Source: Lepidodermella squamata (taxonomy: Eukaryota > Animalia > Gastrotricha). From it: DNA of 64,000 nucleotides. Within the stretch, counting starts at the first letter, position 1, and each line of letters opens with the position of its first letter. The notes beneath the pieces were generated by a model. That model was not told the origin of the DNA. It worked only from the letters and a program-made list of their open reading frames with translations, and searched no databases. Shown here one piece after another: positions 1-11,966 of the stretch. The translations under genes were made by a program, and so were the position numbers. The stretch lies in NCBI GenBank assembly GCA_047495785.1, contig JBLDXI010000043.1, positions 1 to 64,000 on the forward strand, in the 5' to 3' direction.

Positions 1-17
1 ACACATCTCGTGAGAGT
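1..17 (+). other. Untrimmed sequencing barcode (PacBio bc1003-like ACACATCTCGTGAGAG + T overhang)
   Basis: 17-mer has no counterpart in the opposite palindrome arm, recurs at 7658-7674, and matches my recollection of bc1003. Confidence 0.85.
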
Positions 18-1339
18 TATCGATCATGTTTATCTCGGCTACAAAAGAGCCGTTGCTCGTCTCTTCCCATCAACCCACGATGGCACGAATTTTCAACATT
101 TTGCCGAATATAATTTAGCTACCTGTGCTTCCATCGTTGGGCATGATTTATGGAAGAGCATCCTAAATGATACTACCACGCTCCTTGTTCGCCAGGATGA
201 TTTATGGTCGTCCATTTGTCACTCAATTATTTTTACTGAAAGTGATTACCTTTTGGATGATTGCCTCGACGATAGCCCTAACACCCTATTATTGTGTCTG
301 GCCTGGAAGAAAGTTTCTGGTATGGCCTAACGGCACACCCTACCTACACCGAAGGCCGATATATCTACATCCAACATTTATTTTACGATTTGTTAAAAAA
401 CTTTAATGGTGTCAGCGTAAACCTGCGGCACATATTCTACCTTTTACTTCGGGCAGGTCGTAGGGTCTCAGTAGAAATGCAGAACGTCGTACCTCCACCC
501 TATCAACACGCTCAGAAAATTCCATGGGCATCAGTCATCGATGTTCTTAATGGTCAGCAGGAAGGTGCGAATAGTAAATGGCCGGGCATCATGCAACGCT
601 CCATCGCACTACAACCTGTCGCTACCGTCTTACCTTTCAACAACAGCTCTTCGACCTAATTTGGTCAGTTTATTTTATTTATATAATGCCTTTGTTATTT
701 ATTCATTCCTAATCAGAAGGTTCTGGGGCTCAGCAACTCCAACCAATCACCGCGGCCGGCTTCCGTCATTCGATCATTTTTCATTTCAAACGCAAGAACT
801 TTGAATATTATTCTTCTTACTGAATTTATGGAAGCTTTCTTCAATTCATCTCCGGCTTCTCCATTGTTTTTTTCTAACAATGATTTCGTACCAATAAACC
901 TGAATGAACCGAATACGAGTACGTTTACCAAGGAACCTGTTGAACAAACATCAGCCTCTAGATTAGCAAAAACTGCGGTTCGTAATCAACCGAAACGCAA
1001 TGCTAAACATAAAATTCAGAAAAAAGTCATAGGTACTGAGAAGAAATCAGTTGCTAAATCGGCGAAAACGCCATGCAAGGCGAAAAATAAACCAGCTGTT
1101 CCAATTACCAATCATGAGTCACGAAAGCAAGATTCTGTCGCCTCTTTTTTGGTCATGATTTGCCCTCAACCTATCGCAAAGTTCAAACAGAAACAGCTGA
1201 AATCAAGTATGTTACAAGCCTTCAATCAGCCGCATCACAGTCGACCACGATCATAAATTTGACTATATCCTATCCTGTTGATTTAAAGCTACAATCTAGC
1301 ACTGAACCTTTTTTTCTATTGAAATCCCCACCATTAAAT

Positions 1340-1938
1340 ATGGAAGTAAATAATATACAATATGATATTGATTACTCTATTTCAAATATTATGGCTAAAT
1401 CAAGGTCAAATTTTCTATTTAATTTAGATAGTCTAGCCCTAATTTTACCTTGTGCAAAATATAACCCAAAAAAATGTCGAGTGCTTTGTTCTATAAAGTA
1501 CCTGCTTTTAACGCGACGTTTTTATTATTTTCATCCGGAGCTATAATTTGTAGTGGTACCAAAACAGCCTCGAATTGTGTTACTGCTTTTGGAGTTCTTC
1601 AAGCTACACTCAGAAAAATTGTTAATCGACGGTTGATAATCCGTGACCCAATAATTACTAATATAGTATTGTTCTACGATTTACATAAAACTGTCAATCT
1701 TAGCCTGCTAGCTTTTCAATTTCCTAAAATATGCGTTTACCAACCAGAATTTTTTCCTGGGTTGCGTATACGTGTTTTCTCCAAAGTCAGCACTAATGAA
1801 AATGAACCAAAGTTAAATGTATCTGCCACACTGTTTCACACTGGAAAAATGATTATGAGCGGCTGTTTTTCGTTATCTCTTATAAAAATAGCATTTGTTA
1901 AATTGGCGCCTTTTTTTCTGTATATCAAACAACAATAA
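1340..1938 (+). pseudogene. TBP-like gene, left-arm copy (1-bp frameshift in A-run near 1470)
   Basis: Split ORFs 1160-1546 and 1474-1938 join to match intact copy 21721-22320. Confidence 0.85.
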
Positions 1939-2373
1939 AATGATTTAATGAATGAGGGAAGATTAATCGCGTGCCGTCTTTTTTAAGCTAAAATCATTAT
2001 TTCTACTTTCATCATTATCTATCAATTTTCAAAATTCGCAGCAGAAATAAAATATGGCTATCGGTAAATTTCCCCGTTTTTAAAGTCTTCGTAATTTATT
2101 ATGCATCAAACAACAGATATTCCGCGTGCTGTTTTACCGATCCTATTGCTGCTATCCCTGGTTACCATTTTAATCAGCTTTTTCGCTGTTATGGAAGTTC
2201 GCAATACTCAAGCCGAACTCCTTCACCTGCGGCAACTTGTCGAGTCTACTGAGCGGATGTTATATAATATAAATGATTTATTATTCCACTTAAACGGTGA
2301 TTTATTTAGCCACATGGCTAATTGTTCGGTTGTCCCTACTTGCCGTAAATTAGCTATAAAGAAGAATTAGGTC

Positions 2374-3585
2374 ATGCCACGTAATAAACACAATGCGAGA
2401 CGTCTAGCTGAAGGAGATGCTAAAATAAACCACAGGTCAGACTTGAAATCGTTTGTTTTGAGCTTCTATAATGATCCGAAACATGTTGGATCATTTCAAG
2501 GCCTGCGCAGATTATACTCAACACTTAAAGCTACATTACCCCTTAGAGCTGAGAAATTCCCTTACTCATAAAAAACTAGCTGAGATTATGAGCCATGATC
2601 GAACATATTCATTATATAAACCACTAAGTGTAAGAAACCGGAAGCAATTCATGCAATATGAAGTTTATGCTAGAAGTGACCTCTTTCTAGGTGATCTTCT
2701 TGAAGTTCAAGATTCAAGCCAAGATAATGATGGAACCCGCTATTTACTTACAATCAAAGACTGTTTTACGCGTTATGCTTTCTGTATTCCCTTACTTAAC
2801 AAAGAAGGAAATTACACTGCTGAGAAGATCAGTAATTTTTTGAGCAGCCTAACACCTGATTTGCGTTGCCGCTCTTTCACTACAGATTCTGGCGGAGAAT
2901 TTATCAACAAAGAAGCTAAAAAAATATTTAAAAAATTCAATGTTTATTATTACACTACAACCTCCATGTTCAAGTGTTCACCCATAGAAATTTTCAACCG
3001 TTGGCTTCGTAGAACTATTTCGAGGCATCAAATTGCAAATCATACGCTGCGTTACATCGATTACTTACCTTTTTTCTTAGCGTCTTACAATCAAATGAAA
3101 AATCGCAGCACTAGGGTTGCCCCGTTAGAATTATGGCTAGCTTCCCCAGAAGATCCTATAAATTTGGTTGCTTACAATAATGTTTTTGGAAAAAGAGATC
3201 AATTGATGCTTGAAAAGCGCAAGAATTTACTATACAAACCGACTTTTTCTGTCGGTGATTGTGTTAGAATTAGTCGTGTAAAGGATTTATTTCACAAAGA
3301 AGGAGATTTCATTTTTACTGAAGAATATTTTTTTATCGACCGCATAGATACTTGTACCATCCCCGACAAGTATTATCTCCGTGATACTCTGAATAAGCGT
3401 ATTCAAGGTAGTTTTTACGATTGGCAGCTTCAGATAGCACATCCGCAAGAAACATATTTAATAGAAAAAGTTCTGAAGCATCGCACTATAAATGGCAAGA
3501 AACAGGCTCTTGTGAAATGGCAAAACTGGCCGATTGAAGCCGCTAGTTGGATTGATGCAACGAGATCAAAACCTTGGCCTCATGA
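2374..3585 (+). pseudogene. Maverick integrase, left-arm copy (frameshifts near 2542 and 3560)
   Basis: Mirror of 20072-21283. Confidence 0.85.
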
Positions 3586-3777
3586 ATAGAGTTCCTACGA
3601 CTCCACTCTTAGCTTTCCTACAAAAGCCATCTGTGCGTGTAGGGGCCTACATTTTTTTCCTTCTAATAACCGTTTGGCTTATAGAAATTTCAAACTATTT
3701 ATTCAAAACTAAGCTCCCCCCTTTTGGCAACAGCGCAATCCTTACTTTAGAAAAGATAGATAAGGATAACATAACAA

Positions 3778-4999
3778 ATGCTTAGCATCCAGGAGGACTT
3801 CTTTATTTATTTACCCTCGAATGCCTCATATTCTCAACATCCGGCGAATACTCCGTCGGATTATCAAGTTGCTCTCCCTGTCCCAATTTGCGTACCCGAT
3901 TGCCGTGCTTATGAAGTAGCCCTACTTGAGGCTACAATTCCTGTTAGGTGGAGTAGCATTGATCGTCATACAGTCTATGTGCTTGATTGTAACTGGCTGA
4001 AATCTTTTAAAAACGACATTATTGCTAATTATTTAACAAATCCTGGCTCTTTGCCACATCGGATGAAAAGTTTCAACAATCCATGGGAAACTGGCTTTAT
4101 TAACAAAGTAAATTTCGGAGGTGAATATTTTGCGAATATAACCAAACTAATCGATCACTTTAATGAAAAAATATCCATCTCAAGTAGTAATGGCTCTATT
4201 TTTGCTCATTATGATTCAGTCAACAAAAAAAACTAAAATTACCTGTAAATGGCCATATTCTATGTTTATACCTTCAGATTCTGCTGGCCTCTTAGGTTTT
4301 GTGTCTCCAATAGAACAGAATACACCGTCTGGAGTTTTCATTTTTCCCAAGGCCCCAAAAAATGACGAGCCAGAATTTAATGAAGTTTCCACTTTTGATA
4401 TAAAGTCAACGTATGCCTTGGCATATGCGTGGAATATGAGCCACCAAATTCGTGAAAATCCACACATTTTATTCAACTCAGTTGGGATTGTTAGGCTTTC
4501 TAGCAGACCAAAACTTAAGGAGGATGCAAATAATGAGACAGCGGCGGTAGAAAATCAAGAAGGCGTAAATTCAGCACAGCACTTTGATTTTTCTGAGCAA
4601 ACAGTAATCACCAAAGATAATGATTTACCGCCTGCCTTTATTTATGCATGCTATGAAGAAAGTGCTACAGCTCAATACAACATTCAGTTGAATTATGGCA
4701 ATAACTCACTGTTCATTTACTGCTCAGTTGCAGCGGATGTTTTTGTTGGAGATTGCCAAGCTAGCCTCCTTCGAATGATAACCTATTCTACGATGGCTTC
4801 TGCTACGGCAAATTCAGACTTGTCATCACATTTTACAGTGATTTATAACTCGGGCCTATATTTACCTTTAAAAGCCAATTTTATAGATTCAATTCAAGTT
4901 CAAATCCGCCGCGATAACGGGGCATTGATCGATTTTGTGGATGGTAGCAAAGTTGTATTGCTACTTCATATTCGCCGAAAAACCGGAGCCTTATATTAA
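3778..4999 (+). pseudogene. Minor capsid (penton), left-arm copy (frameshift in A-run near 4228)
   Basis: Mirror of 18659-19879. Confidence 0.8.
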
Positions 5000-5037
5000 T
5001 ATAAGTGGCTGAGTTCTAATTATTAATATTACCGAAG

Positions 5038-5580
5038 ATGCCCCTAGCTTATTCTAACCAAAACGTTGACAAGTACCAGCAGTTTTTTCTCCGCCAACAC
5101 TCCTCCCCGCTGATAGCAGGCTATGGAGCTGGAGCGGGTGCTAACCTGGACCATTTCCGTGGGGCAACAATTCAATTTCCATATCATTATAGGGGTCAGG
5201 GAATAGGAAATATATTAGGTGCCTTTTTCAGAAATTTCTTCCCAGTAATTGCTCCGTCTATTTTTCAACAAGCATTATCTACTGGCCAAAAAATATTAGG
5301 TGATATGCAACAACCTGAGGGCGCTAGACCTAGTTTTACCGAATCCCTTAAGCGTCATGGCACTTCAGGCGCCTTAAACATGGCTAAGGATATTGCTGAA
5401 ACGGCTTTGAAGCAACATCAAGGCGGTGGAGGTGGCCGTAAAAGGCGCCGTCGTCGTGGCCCTAGTAAAACTAGTAGTGTGACTGCAAAACGTAGGCGCC
5501 GTGCTTCTACTACAAAAAGAAAGGCTTATAAAAGGAAAAGACGCGCAACAACTAAATCAGTGCTATTTGAAGCGTCTTGA
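5038..5580 (+). CDS. PM/core-like basic protein, left-arm copy
   Basis: Identical to 18078-18620. Confidence 0.7.
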   Translation: MPLAYSNQNVDKYQQFFLRQHSSPLIAGYGAGAGANLDHFRGATIQFPYHYRGQGIGNILGAFFRNFFPVIAPSIFQQALSTGQKILGDMQQPEGARPSFTESLKRHGTSGALNMAKDIAETALKQHQGGGGGRKRRRRRGPSKTSSVTAKRRRRASTTKRKAYKRKRRATTKSVLFEAS

Positions 5581-5613
5581 GCCCATTGCTGCGTTTGATT
5601 CTTCAAATTTGTA

Positions 5614-7104
5614 ATGGAAGGCTTTGGAGATAATTTTGTTCACCCAGCCTCAGCCTCTTCAATAGTATTATCTTCAGATTTAGATTTATTTACTGTACCG
5701 CCTTCACAGCTTGCTGAAGAAAACCAAATAAGTATAGATGTTTACCCAATTGCCCCTCTTAATAGTTCACCGAACCTGATTGAGTTTCAAATCGGCCCGT
5801 ACAATGATTATTTGTGTCTGTCACGCATGCAACTGATGCTCAAGTGGAAAGTAGTTAGAACCCCTTCTGAAGCTCGGAAGAAAAATGCTGGCGAAGCTGA
5901 CGATGCATACAACGAGTATAAGGCTAGTCTTTCGGCTACAAATTTACAAAAAGCCCCGCTTTGTTTAGCCCACCACACAATGTTCAAAACATGCGAGATT
6001 TCACTAAATGGGCAACTTTTAAGTGAACAAAATTCATTATACGCTTATCGGGCCTATATTTCAACGCTTTTGTCTCATAATACTGATGCAAAAAACACGA
6101 TATTACAGACACAATTTTGGTATCCTGATACAGCTAAAAAACTGGATAATTTTGACAATTCAAACGAGGGATTTAAAAAACGGTTGGAAATTGTTCAGGG
6201 CGGGAAATCTGTGTGCACCCTGGGACGCCTGTTTGCAGATCCTATGCTGTGTAATAGGCTACTTCTACCTAATGTTGAAGTCCGCATCAAGCTCTATAGG
6301 GCATCTAACAATTTTGCTTTGGTTGGGCCGAGCACAGCTGATCCTCACTCAATCGTCATTGAATCTGCAAAAATTATTGCCCGGGCTGTTGTTGTGTCGC
6401 CGGACATAGTGATTGCTCATACGCGTGCGCTGGAAAAAACTAACGCCAAATATCCTATAATGAGAGTTCGAACAAGGCTTTTTCACATACCAAGTAGTGT
6501 TTTGAGTTACAGTGTAAGTTTGCTCATCGCGCGTTTCTAAGTCAATTTTTAAAACTCTAATGGTTTAACAGATACCACAATGTATTAATGGTAAGCTTCC
6601 AAGGCGTATGTTTTTCTGTTTTTTTGAAGATTCCGCCCTGAATGGAACGGCGGGTAAAAATCCATTGAATGCATTACACAGCCAGCTATCCCGAATATCG
6701 ATTTATTTGGGCAATGAACTACATCACTCAACAGCTCCCTTGGAAATGGATTTTGCAAATGGAGATGTCACCAGAGTCTATTTGGAGCTTCTCAATGCTA
6801 TCAACCCAGATAACCCTTTCAAGGCATCTACGTTAACTATGGATCAGTTTATTAATGGCTTCACAATTTTTGGTTTCGATTTATCGCGCAACTCCTCGTT
6901 GCAAAATTACTCAGTTATACGCACAGGTACCTGCAGAGTAGAGTTGAGTTTTGCTGTTCAAACAACAATTGTTACTCAGCTGTTAGTATTAACTGAAACT
7001 GATTCAGTTTTTGAGGTATCATCTTTTTTCATAAAATTAAAATTGCCTTAAAATTCAAATTTTTTAAGATCACACGAACGCGTGACGTAATTGTTGATTC
7101 TTAA
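5614..7104 (+). CDS. Major capsid protein, left-arm copy; exons 5614-6513, 6572-7015, 7069-7104
   Basis: GT-AG introns of 58 and 53 nt restore a 459-aa frame. Confidence 0.88.
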
Positions 7105-7114
7105 GCAGTTTTTC

Positions 7115-7678
7115 ATGTACAACAATGAATTGGAAGATTTCATCCGGATTGATCCAGTACTAAAAAAGTTTGACATTTTTGTTGTAGCCGCTGATCAGCT
7201 ACCACAGCAGCTTCCTATTGTGAAAAATAATCCACAATTGATTATCTGTAACACAGGAAATGTATACAATTCTACAGGAAAGCACTGGGTCACACTGTTT
7301 GTTCACAGCGCACAGCATCCTGATGAGCCCTGTGAGTTTTTCGATAGCCTTAACCTTTCCCCTTCCTATCATAACCTCTATATCGACAACTTTTTGAAAG
7401 CGAATAGCCAAACAGAAGTGCCGTACATTCATTGCAATAGGTCTTACCAGCATGTTTTTTCACAAATCTGCGGCTTATGGGCTCTATATTACAGCATGCT
7501 TCGAGCGCGAGGTAAAGACATGCACCAAATTTTGAGGCATTTTGATCAGCTTGGATCAAAGAACAATTTGCTTATAAAAGACTGTGTACTTTATCATAAA
7601 TTTAATACATTATATTCCCACTATGGTCTATCTATGAGACCACTTGAAAGAATAAAAACACATCTCGTGAGAGTATAA
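7115..7678 (+). CDS. Adenain-like protease, left-arm copy (last codons overwritten by barcode)
   Basis: HW, FFDS, Q, CG motifs. Confidence 0.85.
   Translation: MYNNELEDFIRIDPVLKKFDIFVVAADQLPQQLPIVKNNPQLIICNTGNVYNSTGKHWVTLFVHSAQHPDEPCEFFDSLNLSPSYHNLYIDNFLKANSQTEVPYIHCNRSYQHVFSQICGLWALYYSMLRARGKDMHQILRHFDQLGSKNNLLIKDCVLYHKFNTLYSHYGLSMRPLERIKTHLVRV
7658..7674 (+). other. Second barcode copy embedded in consensus
   Basis: ACACATCTCGTGAGAGT replaces CCCTGTAACGTTAGATT seen in the right arm (same length). Confidence 0.85.
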
Positions 7679-7681
7679 AGG

Positions 7682-8525
7682 ATGAGTGATTTGCGCTGCT
7701 GCCCTGGCAACATAAATGAAGCTTTGCCTTTTGTTCACCCTAGCACAATTCTCATTGTTGGGCCGTAAGTGACGATGGAAATAAAAGTCAATATATTTTA
7801 GTGTAATTTACTCATCTTCAGGTCGGGGAGCGGTAAAACAAGTCTGGTGCTTCAAATCCTACAGGATGCATTCAGTTTTGAACTTCCTTTTGAGAGAATT
7901 GTCTATTTTTATTCTACTTTCCAACCCATTTACAATGACATAGCCGATGCTGCATTGCAAGTTCACAAAATTAAAGTTGAATTCGTAAATTTAGCAGACA
8001 CAAAAAACAGCAGTAGCGATAGCTTCAGCTTAAAAAATTATATCAACGACAATAACGAGACGCAGCCCCGCTGTTGCCTAGTATTTGATGACGTGTATCG
8101 CCTATTAACTGAAGACGAAACACTGGTACAGCTTTTTTTAGGAGGGCGGCACTTGAATACGACAACCATTCTCCTTCAACAAGTTTTGTTTACTCGAGCA
8201 AAAAATAGCAGGGAAATTCTGGTTTGCCTCAGAAAATTATTGTTTTTTCTTCTATGTATTTTCTATTCTATAGCAAAATGCAAACTATTTATTCTATTTT
8301 CGCTGCATTTCCGACTCTGCAAGCTTTAGATCATATGCACAACGGCGTTCCCCAATGGGCTGGCGAGGCCTTCTTGAAGCGTTGAACCAAGCAACTGCTG
8401 AATCATCTCACACGCCACTGCTACTGGATAATTGTGCAACTACTCCGGATAATCTCCGCATTCGTTCGAGCAATGGCTTCGGTAGTAAACCTGGTTACGC
8501 TTACATTTTAGTCTCAAAGAAATGA
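7682..8525 (+). CDS. Packaging ATPase, left-arm copy; exons 7682-7764, 7822-8221, 8274-8525
   Basis: Splicing yields GPSGSGKT Walker A, LVFDD Walker B. Confidence 0.88.
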
Positions 8526-8576
8526 TGATATGTACTATTATAAAAGGATTCATTGCCGCCCAATTTTCGTCGTTAA

Positions 8577-8990
8577 ATGAATAAAGTTATTACCTCAGCA
8601 ACGTCACCATCGTTCAGTCTTGATAAAAAACGGCGGCTTTTTCTTGCATTGAAATGGTTATTGCATGCTCACCCCGGTCAGCGTGCTGATATTTTAGCAA
8701 CTAGCTCTGTTAGCCTTATACGATTTCTTAGCCGTTGCGCCTTGTATTGGCTTCGCAGCACTAGTACTGTTCTGGCCCCTGATTTGGCTAAATTGAAACA
8801 AAAAGGTGTCAATTTGGTCGAGCACAACCGGCAAGTTTTTATTCGACACTGCCTTAATAGCAACAAGAACAATAGGCGAAATAAGGCTTCGAAAGCTTCC
8901 TTTTTTGCAGTTTTACCCACTGTATTGAAATCCTTTGCACCCAGGCTAAAGTTTGATTATTCAGAACTCAAGAGGCTTCTTCGAATCTAA
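8577..8990 (+). CDS. PW-like protein, left-arm copy
   Basis: Identical to 14668-15081. Confidence 0.6.
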   Translation: MNKVITSATSPSFSLDKKRRLFLALKWLLHAHPGQRADILATSSVSLIRFLSRCALYWLRSTSTVLAPDLAKLKQKGVNLVEHNRQVFIRHCLNSNKNNRRNKASKASFFAVLPTVLKSFAPRLKFDYSELKRLLRI

Positions 8991-8993
8991 ACT

Positions 8994-10145
8994 ATGCAGC
9001 GAAACTATGCACAGCGCATGACTATTGTTCCACTTGCGACACCTGGGCCAACTCCAGCACAACAACAACAACAACAACCAAACGCGAGCGACTTGATTGC
9101 TGCTAAAACATTGCTGAGCAATCCTCTGCTTTTCAAACTAGTGCAGCTATTACAGTCTTTAGACCGGGATGTGATAAACAACGCTAGTAGTAGTGATAAT
9201 TCAGCCGATTTAGTGCGAAAACGTAACGAACTCATGCATGAGATTATGAATTTGAAGAAGCTGGTAGTTTTACAAGGCAGTAGCCAGCCGCCAGCCGCTA
9301 TTCCAATGTCGCCTGCACCAGCAGATCGAGCAGAATCGAGGCCGCGCTCTCCTCCTCCTCCTCCTCCTCCTCCTCCTCCTCCTCCTCCGCTGCCGCCGCC
9401 GCCGCTTCCTTCTGCTTCTTCTCCTCCTCCTCCTCCTCCTCCAAAAAAACAGCAGCAACAACAACTTGCGCGCCAACAACCTACTAAATTAACATCTAGT
9501 AATTTTGGTCAAGCGGCCGGGCCTAGCTATAACAACTATAACAGAGATTCGGGTATTGGCGGCTTTCAGCAGCAGTTTTCACCTAATACAACGCCACGAC
9601 CTTCAACTGATAATAGCAGCAATTATGAATTTGATGATCTTCAAATGGATTTTCTATTCGCTGCCCCGCAAACATCATCGACTTCTAGCGCTGCAGCCAC
9701 GACCGTCCTCAGCCACGATGATGTTGTTGTTGATCGGCCTAATGATGAGCAGCTGCCTACGAGAGGAGGGACCCCCCGCGCGCGCACCCCCCAGGCCCCT
9801 CGAGACAGCAACACAACAGCAGGGTCGTCTTCGTTTAGCGGCGATGAGGACAGCAGCGGCAGCAATAGTGAAGAGCTGCAAGATGGTGCTGATAATGATG
9901 ATAATCAAGCAGAAAGGCAAGAAGAAGCCGCTGCCGCTGAACCGATGGAAATTGAGCTAGCTGGAGCAGCAACTGCAGCGGCAACGCCACGGAAGGGTCA
10001 AAAGCGCGGTAGAAAGCCACGTTCTATGACTGATCAAACACAAATATCACCACCTGGAAAACTTTTCCGAAGAACGTCACAGCGTAAGATAAATAAAATC
10101 AACAAGTTTCAAGCTGGCACAGGGTTTTGGAGTTTATTCATGTAA
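8994..10145 (+). CDS. PZ-like low-complexity protein, left-arm copy
   Basis: Identical to 13513-14664. Confidence 0.55.
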   Translation: MQRNYAQRMTIVPLATPGPTPAQQQQQQPNASDLIAAKTLLSNPLLFKLVQLLQSLDRDVINNASSSDNSADLVRKRNELMHEIMNLKKLVVLQGSSQPPAAIPMSPAPADRAESRPRSPPPPPPPPPPPPPLPPPPLPSASSPPPPPPPKKQQQQQLARQQPTKLTSSNFGQAAGPSYNNYNRDSGIGGFQQQFSPNTTPRPSTDNSSNYEFDDLQMDFLFAAPQTSSTSSAAATTVLSHDDVVVDRPNDEQLPTRGGTPRARTPQAPRDSNTTAGSSSFSGDEDSSGSNSEELQDGADNDDNQAERQEEAAAAEPMEIELAGAATAAATPRKGQKRGRKPRSMTDQTQISPPGKLFRRTSQRKINKINKFQAGTGFWSLFM

Positions 10146-10152
10146 TAATCGA

Positions 10153-11966
10153 TCATTGATCAGCGCTATATCCATGTGGATAAGTTAGAAAGGAAGCATC
10201 GCCGGGGCGTAGCCAACGTTTATCATAGGTTAAACGAATCTTTTTTGTTATATGAACACAATGAATTTCCGATAACGGAGTATGCACTTTTTTAAACTGA
10301 GTCTGATCCAATTCAGCGATGACGCTGTTTTTGTTGTTATCACCCCGGCCCCCGCTTCCGCTGGTTTCGTTATCGTGGAGACTTTGTATTACATGCTTGA
10401 TGAACAAGAAAAAATCGAGAAGACTGCGTGAATGAAAACTTTGACGTATTCCCTGCGCGTGACGTAAATAATAAAAAACAGAGGGCGTAACAACAAGTAG
10501 CAATTACCTTTAACATTAGCTTGGCTTTGCCGTCAGCAAAAAGTAGGGCATATGCCTTACAGCCCAGTACAACCATTGCAATGATGCGTTGCCCTGTATC
10601 AAGCTGATCCGCCAAGCCGCCAAGAACAACGGGTGTGAACTCAATTTTAGTAATTCCAGGCCCTTGAAGGCAAAAAATTGAATCCGTGTCTAAAACAAAA
10701 GACAAAAAACGTAGAGATGTTGGTAGCATAAGCGGCGCTATTCTCTAACCGCTGTAGATAGCACTTTTTGGGCCGACTCGGTACAGCTCACGAGCCAGTT
10801 TCACACGAGCATTAGCTGTTACGAAGGCCGCTGTTATAACTGAGGTGGATCCATTTGGAACGTCGGCATCTTTGGTTGGCCGTGTTACAATTCGCAAGCG
10901 AGAGACATCATCAGAGTTGATGAGTAAGCCTAGTGGTTGAATATCCACAATTTCCAAAGCTGGATTATTTAGCATTTGCTGAAGCAGAAACGGGGATTTG
11001 ATATAATCTGTTCTCTCTAGATTAGAATTCATAGCAAATCGACCAAAAAAGCTGTTCAAAACTAATTTGGCGATCGCGCGTAACCCAGGGTTCTTTTTAT
11101 CCAACTTGGTGCTATCAATCGTTATACCAATGCGTTCCCATTGCTCCAAATACTGTGCTTTTTGTTCACTAGTAGCACAGTTTGGCGGCCAGCCGGAGGA
11201 TTCGGCCTTCAAAATGGTGAATCTTTTAATGAAATCTCTGAAAATTGTATTGCTCTTCTTGAACTCCCATATCTAAAAAAAATAACTTGATAGAAGCCAT
11301 GCATGAGTTGGCTAAACAAAATTATTAACCTCGTAGACTTCCAGCAATCTGTAGCCATGAACATCTGTAGCGTACTTCAGTTCCACAGAGCAATACGAAC
11401 CAATCCAGGACCTTTCATAATCAGAATGGGTGCATTCACGGCTTGAAACGCACAAGTTTGGATTTGCAGTCGACGAACAAGCATAGCAACATGAGAACAC
11501 GAGCTTGTTTTGTTTACTACGAAAGCAGAGTACAGGTAGCCAGATGTTTTTCGGCGCTAATACCTAGCAAAATAATGTGGTGATGATGAAAGCAGGGAGA
11601 CGATATGTAGATGCGAAGAGCTTACGCGTGCTTGTACGACACCAAAAAAAGATTCCTTTGAATAAATCTCCTGCAGTTTCTCGTTGTTTAATCTGAGATC
11701 CAAGGTGGATACTTTAGGTGGTCCTATTGCATAGTAGCCATCCATCATACAGCTTGGATATAACGAGTTGAAGTCGGCGGAAATTATAGAATAATCGGGC
11801 GATGGAAATAAGAAGTCCTTGGTTTGCATCCCGCTTTCCTTACAAATTTGAGCAATCTTTTCCAAATTTTGGTCGCCTGAAGTTGAGTGTGATTCGGCAA
11901 TCATAGCCATTAAACGAAAAGCTTCGACCCGCCCTAAAAAGTAGGCATGATGTTTTAATCCCGCGA
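10153..11966 (-). CDS. Protein-primed B-family DNA polymerase, 5'-truncated, multi-exon (includes motif A in the palindrome spacer)
   Basis: GRVEAF, DFNSLYPS (motif A), KLVLNSFFGRF (motif B), YSDTDS (motif C, intron-split), KAY, YDKR, YPHGY; exonuclease half absent. Confidence 0.93.

Larger units (their letters stand above)
18..11694 (+). mobile_element. Inverted duplicate of the Maverick gene block (frameshifted copies of the 268-aa ORF, TBP-like, integrase, penton; intact PM, MCP, ATPase, PW, PZ)
   Basis: Reverse complement of 11967-23640 with 1-3 bp indels, mostly in homopolymers. Confidence 0.9.

Noticed and set aside
1160-4999. Programmed frameshifting in TBP, integrase and penton
   Set aside because: Right-arm copies are intact; indels are mostly homopolymer errors in a low-support arm
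9270-9479. Protamine-like poly-Arg ORF (also 14179-14388)
   Set aside because: Antisense reading of the poly-Pro CCT tract
18-11694. Arms as the element's natural TIRs or two independent head-to-head insertions
   Set aside because: Arms contain all genes and meet inside pPolB with no terminus at the centre
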